This document shows, in pieces, positions 19,184 through 28,896 of a stretch of DNA of 64,000 nt. The DNA comes from Puniceicoccaceae bacterium (GTDB taxonomy: Bacteria > Verrucomicrobiota > Verrucomicrobiia > Opitutales > Oceanipulchritudinaceae), in the NCBI GenBank assembly GCA_040830765.1, contig JBFOMH010000019.1:32001-96000 (forward strand), written 5' to 3'. A program made the translations under genes and the position numbers. A model generated the notes under the pieces. The model was not told where the DNA came from. It saw only the letters and a program-made list of their open reading frames with translations, and ran no database searches. The stretch's first letter is position 1, and every line of letters starts with the position of its first letter.

Positions 19184-21238
19184 ATGGTTCGGAACAAGTC
19201 CATTCCAATTCTTACAATCCTCTGCACCTCCTGGATTCTGGGCCTCAAGATTGATGCCAGCGATCAGCGGGAACGCTTCTTGCCGGAAGGCAACTACAAT
19301 GTCCTTTTCATCCCTATCGATGATTTCCGCGTTCTGACTAATGCCTACGGGGAAACAGAACCGCTGCGCCCCATCACACCGCATATGGACCGGTTGACCG
19401 ATTCCGGTGTCTCATTTGCCAACGCCCATTGCCAACAGGCTGTCTGCAACGCGTCCCGGGCCTCGCTTTTGACTGGACTGCGGCCTGACAGTACCCGCTG
19501 CTGGAAGCTGCAGACCTTCTTCCGCGACATGGTCGGTTACGACCTAAAGACCCTTCCTCAACACTTCGCTGAACATGGCTACACGACCCATGGTATTGGG
19601 AAGATATATCACAGTACGAACAGTACCAGCCAGGACGACAACCCTACCGGCTCGCGCTCCTGGAGTGATGGATGGTTCAATGCCCAAGGTCCGCAGGACT
19701 GGTACCAGAATCCTAACAGGTCCGCCACTGATGCAGGTGAGGTAGAGGACAATGCATATGATGACGGTGTAGCCGCCGAAGCCGGGGTGGCCAAAATTGC
19801 CGAATATGCCACAGACTATCACGCCAATGGAACACCCTTCTTCCTTGCTGTCGGTTTCAAGAAACCGCACATGCCATTCAATGCCCCAAAGAGATACTGG
19901 GATTGGTACGATCCGTCGGAGATAGATCTGACAGGTTATGATGGGTCCCATGACATGCCGATCGGGACAAATGCCTTTACTGCCCCATACGGGGGAGAAC
20001 CGGCAAGTTACAATGATATCGTTGGTCATCCGGAAACCAAGGCCCCCAATGCCACCGATGCCCGCCGACTCATTCACGGCTATCTTGCCTGCGCCTCCTA
20101 TATCGACGCCCAGGTTGGCAAACTACTGGATGCACTTGAAGATCCCGATGGAGATCCGGAAACGGACGATTCCATTACCGAGAGTACAATTGTCGTCCTC
20201 TGGAGCGATCATGGCTTTTTTCTGGGGGAACACAATGGATTTTGGGCTAAGCATTGTAACTATGAAATCGCAACAAGGGTACCGCTCATCTTCCGCGCGC
20301 CAGGATTGGATACACTTGGTTCCGCCGGGAAGTTCTGCTCAGCCCCGGTGGAGCTAATAGACATCTATCCAACCCTTGTCGAAATCTGCTCCCTTCCCCA
20401 GCCAACCCAACCCGAGGGAATGGCTCTTCAAGGGACGTCCCTCCTGCCTTTGCTAGAGGATCCGCGTCAACCTTGGAAGAAGGCCGCCTTCAGTCAGTAC
20501 CAGCGCAATATAAACGATAACGGCAGTAGCGATGTACCCTTGCTGGAAAACTATGGCAATCACCAAGGCATGGGTTATTCCATTCGCACCGACCGTTTTC
20601 GCTATACGGAGTGGTGGCGAACGGTCTCCAGCAATGACACGGTGGATTTGCATGTTCCTCTGGACTCCTCACCGGCACATATCGAGCTGTATGACCACCT
20701 GACCGATCCTGGCGAAACCATCAACCTGGCCTCCAATCCGGCTTATGCCCAGTTGATGGATGAACTCTCCATCCTCCTGAATGATCCGGACCCAAGCTTT
20801 GCCGGGGATGGATGGAAGTCAGCTAATGTGGACGCCCCTGCCAAATACCCAACGACACTCGAGGATTGGACCGCTGGCCACCTGTTCCCGGGGATGGCAT
20901 TGAATGACCTTGCTCCGGATGCCGATCCGGATGCCGATGGACTTGCCAATCTGCTGGAGTACAGTTTCGGAACACATCCGATGGAAGCTGACGGACCAAT
21001 GACACTGGTCAGCGTTGATCCGTCAGGTTTCCATATGCGGTACCCGGTCGTTCTCCCAAGAACCGACATATCCCTTCATGTAGTGCAGTCCTCCACCCTT
21101 CTTCCGGATTCCTGGACAGCGACCGGTGTTACGATTCAAGATGGGCCAGCCAAAGGCCACTTCACCATGCGGAATGCCTCCGTTCCTCTTCCTGCAGAGC
21201 GCGCTTTCTTCCGTCTACGCAGCCAGGGATCGGATTAG
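19184..21238 (+). CDS. Secreted sulfatase (iduronate-2-sulfatase-like S1) with DxDxDG-N-EY C-terminal module
   Basis: NVLFIPIDDFR, CQQAVCNASRASLLTG, GKIYH, GFKKPHMPF, WSDHG and WAKH motifs. Confidence 0.9.
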   Translation: MVRNKSIPILTILCTSWILGLKIDASDQRERFLPEGNYNVLFIPIDDFRVLTNAYGETEPLRPITPHMDRLTDSGVSFANAHCQQAVCNASRASLLTGLRPDSTRCWKLQTFFRDMVGYDLKTLPQHFAEHGYTTHGIGKIYHSTNSTSQDDNPTGSRSWSDGWFNAQGPQDWYQNPNRSATDAGEVEDNAYDDGVAAEAGVAKIAEYATDYHANGTPFFLAVGFKKPHMPFNAPKRYWDWYDPSEIDLTGYDGSHDMPIGTNAFTAPYGGEPASYNDIVGHPETKAPNATDARRLIHGYLACASYIDAQVGKLLDALEDPDGDPETDDSITESTIVVLWSDHGFFLGEHNGFWAKHCNYEIATRVPLIFRAPGLDTLGSAGKFCSAPVELIDIYPTLVEICSLPQPTQPEGMALQGTSLLPLLEDPRQPWKKAAFSQYQRNINDNGSSDVPLLENYGNHQGMGYSIRTDRFRYTEWWRTVSSNDTVDLHVPLDSSPAHIELYDHLTDPGETINLASNPAYAQLMDELSILLNDPDPSFAGDGWKSANVDAPAKYPTTLEDWTAGHLFPGMALNDLAPDADPDADGLANLLEYSFGTHPMEADGPMTLVSVDPSGFHMRYPVVLPRTDISLHVVQSSTLLPDSWTATGVTIQDGPAKGHFTMRNASVPLPAERAFFRLRSQGSD

Positions 21239-21834
21239 AGCAGGTCCTCGAAAATATTCTCACCACTGAGCTGGGTGATTTCAAACCCCACTGAGTAGAG
21301 AAACATCTCCTTGGAATACGTGGCCATGAAAGCATCGGCATCCTCCTTGCTGCCCTCCAGGACAAAGGTGCTCCCATAGCTTCCATGCACCCCGATGCGG
21401 TTACTTTCAATCGAGGCCAACCGGTCCATGGCATCGTCATCGACCGTAAAACCGACCGCCTTGAATCCTTGCGGACCCTCTCCCCCGAAGACCACGCTTA
21501 AGAGGAAGATGGCGTAGTTTTCCGAACTGTCTTCCTTGATGTTGGCCAAAAGGATGTCTTTCCCCAAACGGGAAACGACAATTTCCGCTCCTGCCAGCTG
21601 GAATGTATCATTTGATTCATCCCACTCCGGCCAGGCTGCCCGCAGGCGGGTGGAGTCGATGACCTTGAGCTGAAGCGGGGTCTCCCCAACCTGACAGGTC
21701 AAGACATCTCCGATGTGTTTGCCGTCAAAAGCAACCGGTTCACCCACGACATGCGGCGACTCGAGACTGGAACAGCCACTGATCAGACACCCCAGCATGG
21801 CAACCGTGCAGATTATGATAACTTTCCCTTTCAT
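21235..21834 (-). CDS. Hypothetical lipoprotein
   Basis: MKGKVIIICTVAMLGCLISGC lipobox-like signal; GGAG RBS upstream; no recognisable domain. Confidence 0.65.
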   Translation of the reverse strand: MKGKVIIICTVAMLGCLISGCSSLESPHVVGEPVAFDGKHIGDVLTCQVGETPLQLKVIDSTRLRAAWPEWDESNDTFQLAGAEIVVSRLGKDILLANIKEDSSENYAIFLLSVVFGGEGPQGFKAVGFTVDDDAMDRLASIESNRIGVHGSYGSTFVLEGSKEDADAFMATYSKEMFLYSVGFEITQLSGENIFEDLL

Positions 21835-21909
21835 GATTCCCTCCATTTCATCGAGACCTGGGCCATCCCCGGCCAATTTGGCCGGGGATGGCTTCAGGAA
21901 ATTTCCGGC

Positions 21910-22851
21910 CTAGCGCCGGGCCCAGCCCGGTACATTGCCGTCAAGTCCAATAGCCTGGCCGGGCACGTAGTGCTCCAGCATGGCATCGAGAACAGCATCC
22001 GCGACAATGCGGTGGCCTACCGTTGTCGGATGGACACCATCCCAGAACAGGGAGACGGCGGGATCCTTGCTTGGATCCATGCTGGCCGGAACAGTCACGT
22101 TCTCCAACCCGTATGCTGCCGGGTCGGAAATGATCGCGTTCAACGTGCCATAGGCATCAGCCACCACGATGTTGCACTTGTAATTCGCCGATAACTGGGC
22201 CAGGGCGTCCGCCAGCATGGCATTGTAGGTCGCCAGCAACTGGCTCAAGCCGATCTTCTCAAGGTCACTGAGTCCGGCGAAGGCAGGGGTGCTACTCAGG
22301 TCCGGTACATTCCAGATGACAATATGACGGGCTCCGGCATCCAGCAGGCGTCCCAGTTCTGTAACTGTATTCTGGATACTGCCTGAAATCGGAAGATCCC
22401 CGCCCTTGATCAAGTAGGTCAGGAAATCATTGGCCCCGATGACGACGGTAAAGAGATCACGGTTGTCCACTTTCTCCCCGTCAAGGTCAGCGAGGTACAT
22501 ATCTACCTGGTCCCTGAACCCGATAAGATAGAACGGAAGATCATCATCCCGGAAGTTGGTGTCATCCGTTTTGGCCCCGAAATAGGCGTAGTCGTCTATC
22601 GCTACACCGAGATCGCCAGCGAGGTACTCCACCCAGAGGATCCCGTTGGACATGCGTCCATCATAGTAGGTATCCGCAGGAGGTACCAGACCACCTGAAT
22701 TGGTATACATGTTGCCGGTATCCGACAGGCTGTCGCCGAAGCTGACAATCTTGCCAAATGGACCGGCTGAAGCCGTGACTGCTACCAATCCAATGGCCAG
22801 GACAAGGGTACTCCTGAAAAGTACCGAGAGAGTTTTTGTTGTATTCATCAT
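21910..22851 (-). CDS. Secreted SGNH/GDSL hydrolase
   Basis: Signal peptide ending TASA; blocks FGDSLSDTGN, GRMSNG, IGANDF and FWDGVHPT; AAGGA RBS. Confidence 0.92.
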   Translation of the reverse strand: MMNTTKTLSVLFRSTLVLAIGLVAVTASAGPFGKIVSFGDSLSDTGNMYTNSGGLVPPADTYYDGRMSNGILWVEYLAGDLGVAIDDYAYFGAKTDDTNFRDDDLPFYLIGFRDQVDMYLADLDGEKVDNRDLFTVVIGANDFLTYLIKGGDLPISGSIQNTVTELGRLLDAGARHIVIWNVPDLSSTPAFAGLSDLEKIGLSQLLATYNAMLADALAQLSANYKCNIVVADAYGTLNAIISDPAAYGLENVTVPASMDPSKDPAVSLFWDGVHPTTVGHRIVADAVLDAMLEHYVPGQAIGLDGNVPGWARR

Positions 22852-22912
22852 GACTGTTTCCTTGTTGAGTTGTTGCCGCTGGCTGGTTGTTTTCCGCCAG
22901 CAACTCTCCCTT

Positions 22913-22929
22913 TGCTTGGTCTGTGCCAA
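22913..22929 (-). promoter_or_regulatory. Sigma54 (-24/-12) promoter for the GDSL hydrolase
   Basis: Minus strand TTGGCACAGACCAAGCA gives GG-N10-GC with a TGGCAC core, about 60 bp upstream of the GDSL start and next to a sigma54 activator gene. Confidence 0.7.
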
Positions 22930-23006
22930 AACAGAGAGAAAGGAACACAAGTCATTGCCTACCAATGCTTAATAATATTTTATATATTTATAAAGCGAAT
23001 AGGTAC

Positions 23007-23043
23007 CGACATTTTTTGTCTATTGCACGACAAATTTTGTCTA
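23007..23043. promoter_or_regulatory. Tandem palindromic upstream activator sites (enhancer)
   Basis: CGACATTTTTTGTCTA (23007-23022) and CGACAAATTTTGTCTA (23028-23043): GACA..TGTC dyads 21 bp apart, about 80-115 bp upstream of the -24 element. Confidence 0.65.
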
Positions 23044-23067
23044 CTCGCCCACCCTCAGGAATCCGCC

Positions 23068-24567
23068 TCAGGCGTCGGTATCGCGGAGGTACTTTTTGAC
23101 CGTTCGCCGGTCAACCCCCAATTTGCGGGCCAATTCCTCATAGACGGGCGTCTCCCGGTAAAGGGCGGTGACGTAGTGCTCCGTGAGCTCCTTGAGGGTC
23201 CATCCGGTGGCGGCGAGTCTACCGGGAAGATCATCGTCATTCCGGGAGGAAACCGGCGGTTCATAGGTTCCATGGATGAGGATACTGCGGAGAGCCTGCT
23301 CCAACTCCCGGAAATTCCCCGGCCACTTGTAGTTGTGGCGTTCCCTGGCCCACTGCATGAAGTCCTCCACCAGTCCGGGGGCTTCCGGCTCGCCGGCTAA
23401 CTGGACCGCTGCGTACCCGGCAAGAAAGCGCAATTCATCTTCATTCCCATTGACCATCTCGTCCAGCGAGACGGTCTCGATAACATCACTCCGGAGCCGG
23501 AAGTAGAAATCCTCCCGGAAACAGCCATCGGCAATTTCCGCAACCAGGTCGCGGTTGGTCGCGGCGAGAATCTTGCCCTTGAATGGTTCCCCCTTGACGT
23601 CTCCGAGACGCTGGAACTGACGCGTTTGCAGCACTCGCAGAAGCTTCACTTGGATATCCAGGCTGGTATCCCCGATCTCATCGAGAAAGACCGTCCCATC
23701 CTCTCCGCAGGCGGAAAAGAAACCCTCCCGGTCCTGCAGAGCTCCCGTGAAGGCACCCTTGCGATGGCCAAAGAGCTCGGATTCAATCAGGGTTGGCGAA
23801 AGGGCACTCAGGTTCACCGGATAAAAGCCCTTGGTGAAGTCGGCCACAAACGATCGCTTACCGGGATCAAAGGCTACATAACGGGAAAACCCGATGGCCC
23901 GGGCGACCACCTCCTTGCCGCTCCCGGAAGGGCCGGTGATGAGCGTCGGTACCGTGGCCATGCGGCCATAAAGGGAGCGCTGGTAGCGGAACAGGTCATG
24001 GGTAAAAATGGACTGCCACATGCGGGCCCGCAGGCGGGTTGCCGCCCTCGAGGTGCCGACAAAGAAGCGGAAGATGTGGTAGAAGGCCCTGCGAATCTGG
24101 AAATAGCAGGCGAAAAGATGGTCCGGTGCCACGGGTTCGGCACCCTCGAAGTAATGATGGAATTGTTGATTGAACTTTCCGTAGCCGGAAACCTTGAGCC
24201 GGCAGGTTCCCGTCTGGTGGGCCTGCTCAATCATTGCATCGAGGGAACTTCGCGTGGTCACGTAAAGGACGAATATGACCAGATTGGCATAGAGAGCCTT
24301 TTCCTCATCCGAACCGGCACCGGACAAATAAGTTGGACGACACTCCTGGACAATTTCCTCCGCCAGGCCGCCGAGATGTTCCATATTCACATGGCGGGTC
24401 TTGTTGCGGGGATCCAGATTCCACTCCCGGCCACTCTCCACACGGGTCGGGCCGAGCAGCTCTTGCTCAAGACTCAGGCGTTCAGGTGTGAACGGATTGC
24501 AATAGATGAGGCGGGAGAGCTTGGCTGCCTCCTGCTGCGCCCTTCCATCCCTGAACAGCGTTGCCAT
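23068..24567 (-). CDS. Sigma54-dependent transcriptional activator (bEBP) with uncharacterised N-terminal domain
   Basis: Walker [24 protein letters not shown], Walker [25 protein letters not shown] and C-terminal [17 protein letters not shown]; no receiver domain. Confidence 0.92.
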   Translation of the reverse strand: MATLFRDGRAQQEAAKLSRLIYCNPFTPERLSLEQELLGPTRVESGREWNLDPRNKTRHVNMEHLGGLAEEIVQECRPTYLSGAGSDEEKALYANLVIFVLYVTTRSSLDAMIEQAHQTGTCRLKVSGYGKFNQQFHHYFEGAEPVAPDHLFACYFQIRRAFYHIFRFFVGTSRAATRLRARMWQSIFTHDLFRYQRSLYGRMATVPTLITGPSGSGKEVVARAIGFSRYVAFDPGKRSFVADFTKGFYPVNLSALSPTLIESELFGHRKGAFTGALQDREGFFSACGEDGTVFLDEIGDTSLDIQVKLLRVLQTRQFQRLGDVKGEPFKGKILAATNRDLVAEIADGCFREDFYFRLRSDVIETVSLDEMVNGNEDELRFLAGYAAVQLAGEPEAPGLVEDFMQWARERHNYKWPGNFRELEQALRSILIHGTYEPPVSSRNDDDLPGRLAATGWTLKELTEHYVTALYRETPVYEELARKLGVDRRTVKKYLRDTDA

Positions 24568-24660
24568 GCAAAAAATGAATACCGACAGGCATTTAAGGTC
24601 AACCAATTCCCAATATCGTTATCCGGGAGAGTCGCCCGTGGGGCGAGCCGATTTAGCGCC

Positions 24661-24709
24661 GGTAACCGTGGCCTCCTTCGCCCTTCGGGCTCATTCGACC
24701 ACGGCTACC
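24661..24709. repeat. Intergenic palindromic element (REP/REPIN-like)
   Basis: Inverted arms GGTAACCGTGG...CCACGGCTACC enclose a GCCC-TTC-GGGC hairpin; the minus-strand end begins GGTAG. Confidence 0.5.
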
Positions 24710-24736
24710 ATAGGTTGGCTCAACGGGCCATTGGCA

Positions 24737-26917
24737 TTATTCGGTCCGTGCGGTGAGGTTGCCCGCCTTGCGGACGAGGCTGGTAAACTCGCTGCGCAGG
24801 CCGCCGGGATCGGAACCGATGGCACCGGTGGCAATCTGTTCAATCTCCTTGAAGCTGATGTCGCCAGCGTTTTCCGACTCGCTTAAGCGAAGCCCGAAGG
24901 CAGCCACGGCGGCAGAGAAACGGACATCCTCATGGGCGGAGGCGAAGTCCAGCAGATCCTGGCTGTCCACCGCATGGGTGATCAGCTTGCTGGTGTCCCC
25001 GTCCGGTTGCTTGTAACGCAGCTTGACGGTAGCCAGCTCGCTGGAGCGGGAGGCGCCGGCCGGCTGCTGCTGGTACTTGAGGTCATCGACCGTGGGCAGG
25101 TCGGCCTTCGCCCCGGAGGGAATGACTTCATAGAGGGCGACAATGGAATGCCCCGGGCCGATGTCCCCGGCCTTCTTCTGGTCATTGTTGAAGTCCTCCG
25201 CCTTGAGGCGGCGATTTTCGTATCCAATGAGTCGATACGCCTCGACATGGGCCGGATTGAATTCGACCTGGATCTTCACATCCTTGGCAATCTTGAAGAT
25301 ATTGCTGGCCAGGTCCTGCAGGAAGACCTTGCGGGCCTCCGTTTCGGAATCGATGTAGGCATAGCTCCCCTTCCCTTTGTTGGAAAGGGTTTCCAGCATG
25401 TCGTCCTTGTAGTTGCCCATGCCAAATCCGAGAATCGTCAGGGAGATGCCGTCTTCGGCCTGCTGGTCGGCGATGTCCGCGAGGTCACCCCGGTTGGTCT
25501 GGCCGACATTGAAATCGCCATCGGTGCAGAGGATGACGCGGTTGTTGCCGTCCTCGATGAAGTTGTCCCGGGCCACCTTGTAGGCCAGCTGGATGCCCGC
25601 ACCGGCATTGGTGGAACCGCCGGCCTGAAGGTTCTCCAGCGCATGGGCGATGGTGGCATGGTTGTTGGCGGTGGTCGAGGGCAGGACCAGTCCGGAGGCA
25701 CCGGCGTAGACCACGATGGCCACCCGGTCGCGTCCATCGAGGCGATGCACCAGCAGGTCCATGGCCTTCTTCACCAGGGGCAGCTTGTTGGCGTCGCTCA
25801 TCGAGCCGGAAACGTCCAGCAGGAAGACCAGGTTGGAAGCCGGACGCTCTTCCCATGGCATTTCATAACCCTTGAGGGCGATTCGCAGGAGCCTGTGGTC
25901 GTTGTTCCACGGAGCGGTCGTCTGCGCCATGTGGACGGCAAACGGGTCCCCACCCTCGTCGAGCGCCTTCACCGGCGGCTTGTCGGCATAGGGGAAGTAA
26001 TTGATCAGTTCCTCGATGCGGACCGCATCGGCCGGAGGCAATTGCCCCTGGTTGAGGAAGCGGCGGACGTTGGCATAGCTGGCCGTGTCGACATCGATGG
26101 AGAAGGTCGACAACGGGGCCACCAGGGGGGAGCGGAAGTCCGTCTCCTCGATGGGATCGTAGGATTCGGTGTTCCATTGGTCTTTATCCGCCTTGCGGAC
26201 CAGGGTAGTTGCAGTGGCAACATTGGTCGCCGTGTACCCGACATCATCGGCGGCCTCCACCATGAAGGGGCTTAGTTCGAATACCTCTTCCTTCCCTTCC
26301 GTGGTCGGCATCGGTTGGGAGGAGGCTGCTGTGCCCGTCTGCACCCGATTGGCATCGGAGTCCAGCAGGTCGCGGCGTCCGCGTTCGGAAAGCTGTGCCA
26401 CTTGCTTGGCAATCGGCTCTTTCTGGACCTCAACAACACTTTGCAGGGTCTGCAGCTCATTCTGGCGCACTTCATCCTCTTCCCGTGGAGGCGCAGCCTG
26501 CACAGTCTGAATGTCACCTGTGGCCGGCTTCAATTCAGCGGCTTCGGCCTCCGCTTCCTGCTCCGCCTTGTTGACGAGAATCCCTTGCGGGACCAACACC
26601 ATGGCCAACACAGCGGCCGCCACGGCAGCGGAGAGGGCCGGCCAGGTGAGAACGCGGTCGATAAGGCGCTTGCGGGTGACCGGCTGTTCGTCCGGTACCT
26701 GCTCCATGCGGGCCTTGTCGAATTCGCTCAATTCCGGAACCGGCTCGGCTGCGAGGCCTTCACTCAGAAGGACACCCATTTCGCGAATGGACGCAACTGC
26801 CTGCTGCAGCTCCTCGGATGCAGCAACAGCTGACTCGATTTCCTGGCGCTCCTTGGGATCGTCGATCTCGCCGAGCGCATAGGCGGTGATCTTTGGGTCA
26901 TTGACTGAAAATTTCAT
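24737..26917 (-). CDS. Membrane-anchored vWA-domain protein (YfbK/DUF3520 type) with N-terminal anti-sigma-like domain
   Basis: N-terminal [11 protein letters not shown] helix domain and TM segment; [57 protein letters not shown] and KLRYK motifs. Confidence 0.88.
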   Translation of the reverse strand: MKFSVNDPKITAYALGEIDDPKERQEIESAVAASEELQQAVASIREMGVLLSEGLAAEPVPELSEFDKARMEQVPDEQPVTRKRLIDRVLTWPALSAAVAAAVLAMVLVPQGILVNKAEQEAEAEAAELKPATGDIQTVQAAPPREEDEVRQNELQTLQSVVEVQKEPIAKQVAQLSERGRRDLLDSDANRVQTGTAASSQPMPTTEGKEEVFELSPFMVEAADDVGYTATNVATATTLVRKADKDQWNTESYDPIEETDFRSPLVAPLSTFSIDVDTASYANVRRFLNQGQLPPADAVRIEELINYFPYADKPPVKALDEGGDPFAVHMAQTTAPWNNDHRLLRIALKGYEMPWEERPASNLVFLLDVSGSMSDANKLPLVKKAMDLLVHRLDGRDRVAIVVYAGASGLVLPSTTANNHATIAHALENLQAGGSTNAGAGIQLAYKVARDNFIEDGNNRVILCTDGDFNVGQTNRGDLADIADQQAEDGISLTILGFGMGNYKDDMLETLSNKGKGSYAYIDSETEARKVFLQDLASNIFKIAKDVKIQVEFNPAHVEAYRLIGYENRRLKAEDFNNDQKKAGDIGPGHSIVALYEVIPSGAKADLPTVDDLKYQQQPAGASRSSELATVKLRYKQPDGDTSKLITHAVDSQDLLDFASAHEDVRFSAAVAAFGLRLSESENAGDISFKEIEQIATGAIGSDPGGLRSEFTSLVRKAGNLTARTE

Positions 26918-26937
26918 GATAAAAGTCTCCTTGAAAG

Positions 26938-27456
26938 TTATTCACCGGCGGCCGCGACACGGGTCCGCAGGGTATTGAGGGCGGTATGCAATAGAACCCC
27001 GACATTGCTGACGGAGAGTTCGGTAACGGAGGCAATCTCCTTGTAGCTCATTCCGTTCTGGAACTTGAGCCGGACGACCTCCTGCTGGTTCTCGGGCAGC
27101 GCCCGCATCAAATGCAGGATCCGGGCATGACTGTCCTGGCGCTCCGCCAGGGCCTGCGGGCCGGGAGTCTCCTCCACGACCGCGGCATGTTCGTTCTCCA
27201 GCGGTTTCATGCGGCCCCCTTTCTTGCGATAGTCGAGGGCACGGTTGCGGCAGACGCAGAACAACCAGGGACGCACATGGTCAGCCACGGATTCCCGTGG
27301 CTCCCGCCAGAGGCGGACAAAGGTTTCCTGGACCACGTCCTTGGCCACATCCTCGCTTCTGAGGATTGAGGCCGCATACCGGGTAAGATCGGCCGCATGT
27401 GCAGCCACAATGGAACGCATCCATTCAGATTCAGGTATATCGTGTTCATTTTTCAT
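26938..27456 (-). CDS. ECF RNA polymerase sigma factor
   Basis: Region 2 [13 protein letters not shown] and [12 protein letters not shown]; region 4 [23 protein letters not shown]. Confidence 0.93.
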   Translation of the reverse strand: MKNEHDIPESEWMRSIVAAHAADLTRYAASILRSEDVAKDVVQETFVRLWREPRESVADHVRPWLFCVCRNRALDYRKKGGRMKPLENEHAAVVEETPGPQALAERQDSHARILHLMRALPENQQEVVRLKFQNGMSYKEIASVTELSVSNVGVLLHTALNTLRTRVAAAGE

Positions 27457-27505
27457 GGTGATTAGTGGTTTATCCCGGTAGCGCTACTGGGGCTCTTCAC
27501 TTGAA

Positions 27506-27533
27506 CAACGATTCTGAACCACGGTTTATTAGA
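27506..27533 (-). promoter_or_regulatory. Possible ECF-type autoregulatory promoter
   Basis: Minus strand TCTAAT-N17-CGTTG, 50 bp upstream of the ECF start; CGT -10 is typical of ECF promoters. Confidence 0.35.
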
Positions 27534-27611
27534 AAAAATTGGATAAAAGTCGGCTCACGCCTGTGTACAACACACAGTGCAATGGAGAAAGGCGGCTTCA
27601 GGCAAGGCCAA

Positions 27612-28367
27612 TCAGTGCCGGGCCCAGACGGACTTCCGCAGCCAGCCGGCGATGCCGGAGGAAACGAGCAGAAGGATGGCCACCGCGGTCAGGTCCATGA
27701 CCGTCCGGCCGCCCCAGCCGAAAAGCCGGCCCGAGTGCAGGTCGAGTAGGACCCGGTAGAGGGTCAGTCCGTTCCCCTGATGCTGCTCAAGGATGGATTG
27801 GCGGACGGCTTTATCAATCTCCGCCGGATACAGAGGGTCGACCGAAAAGCCACCCTCGTAGGGCTCCAGTTCGATCCAGTCGGCGTCCGGCTGCCACTGG
27901 CCGGCATCAGTCACCAGCAGAGGTTCCCCCTCAGGACTGGTGGCGATGAACTGGATCACGTCGAATGGCAGTTGCAGCACATCCATGCGCTCGATAAATT
28001 CACCGTCCCGGGAAACAAAGATCAGCGCCTCAATTGTTGCGATGACGGAAATTTCCTGCTGCTCATGCAAACCGACGGGCGGACCGCCGGAGGCGAGGGG
28101 CTCGCCGTTGTAAAACAGTTCCCCCTCAAGATGGGACAGCGTATCGAATCCATGGATACGAAAGGAGATAATGTCGGATCCGGAGACCATGCCGTAGCGG
28201 GACAGGATGAGCCCGTTCTTGATGCGGACATTGTTCAGTCCCAGGCGCTCGGTATGATTAAGCGCAAGGCCGGTCAGGGAGAGGGAAACAAGAAAAACGG
28301 CCGAAGCGACCCCCATCCACCGGTGGGCCGCCAGCAGCGTCCGCTTGCGCGGCCAGGGCAGCTTCAC
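27612..28367 (-). CDS. PepSY-associated TM helix protein
   Basis: HRWMG, SLTGLALNH and LLDLHSGRLFG motifs; GTG start overlaps the upstream stop (GTGA). Confidence 0.85.
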   Translation of the reverse strand: MKLPWPRKRTLLAAHRWMGVASAVFLVSLSLTGLALNHTERLGLNNVRIKNGLILSRYGMVSGSDIISFRIHGFDTLSHLEGELFYNGEPLASGGPPVGLHEQQEISVIATIEALIFVSRDGEFIERMDVLQLPFDVIQFIATSPEGEPLLVTDAGQWQPDADWIELEPYEGGFSVDPLYPAEIDKAVRQSILEQHQGNGLTLYRVLLDLHSGRLFGWGGRTVMDLTAVAILLLVSSGIAGWLRKSVWARH

Positions 28368-28888
28368 TGGACGGCCTCCCCGTGCAGGAAGAGCGCCATT
28401 CGTGAAAGCCGGGTCAACGCATTGACCGAAAGGGTCGCGCCACTGATCCCGTCGATTTTCTTGTCCAGCTTGCCATCCTGCAACACGCGGCCCTTGAACT
28501 GGTTGGTGAAAAACGGAAACCGCACCTCCCATCCATGACTTTCGCGGTATATCAGGACCTCCATCGATTGCATGACTCCGTTTTCAACGACAAAGCCGGT
28601 GGTGATCAACTCAACTTTCCCAATTTCCTCAAGAATCCAAGCTGTCCGGTCGCCTTCCTGCCAGTAGCGGATGCGCAGTCCCTTGTAGGGATGGCCGAGG
28701 ATTTCCGTAAGGGAGGCCTTCAGTTCCCGGTTCAGCCAGAGGACTTTCTGCTCCGGCTCACCCTCGAAGGACTGCTCAATGAAAACATCCGGCTCGAGGT
28801 ACACCTCCTCGGCTGCCGCCAGCGGGTTGGAACCGCTGGCGGCAAGGCATAGGCCAATGAAAAGCCAGATGGAGGGGCGTCGCCGCAA
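28364..28888 (-). CDS. Exported FMN-binding domain protein
   Basis: Signal peptide, YRESHGWEV and the flavinylation motif IDGISGATLS. Confidence 0.88.
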   Translation of the reverse strand: MRRRPSIWLFIGLCLAASGSNPLAAAEEVYLEPDVFIEQSFEGEPEQKVLWLNRELKASLTEILGHPYKGLRIRYWQEGDRTAWILEEIGKVELITTGFVVENGVMQSMEVLIYRESHGWEVRFPFFTNQFKGRVLQDGKLDKKIDGISGATLSVNALTRLSRMALFLHGEAVQ

Positions 28889-28896
28889 GGGTCTTC

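Noticed and set aside
24932..26275. 447-aa plus-strand ORF (similarly 23626..24756, 30538..31791, 14680..15933 and 7105..8088)
   Set aside because: These are antisense shadows of well-supported genes in GC-rich DNA and carry no recognisable motifs.
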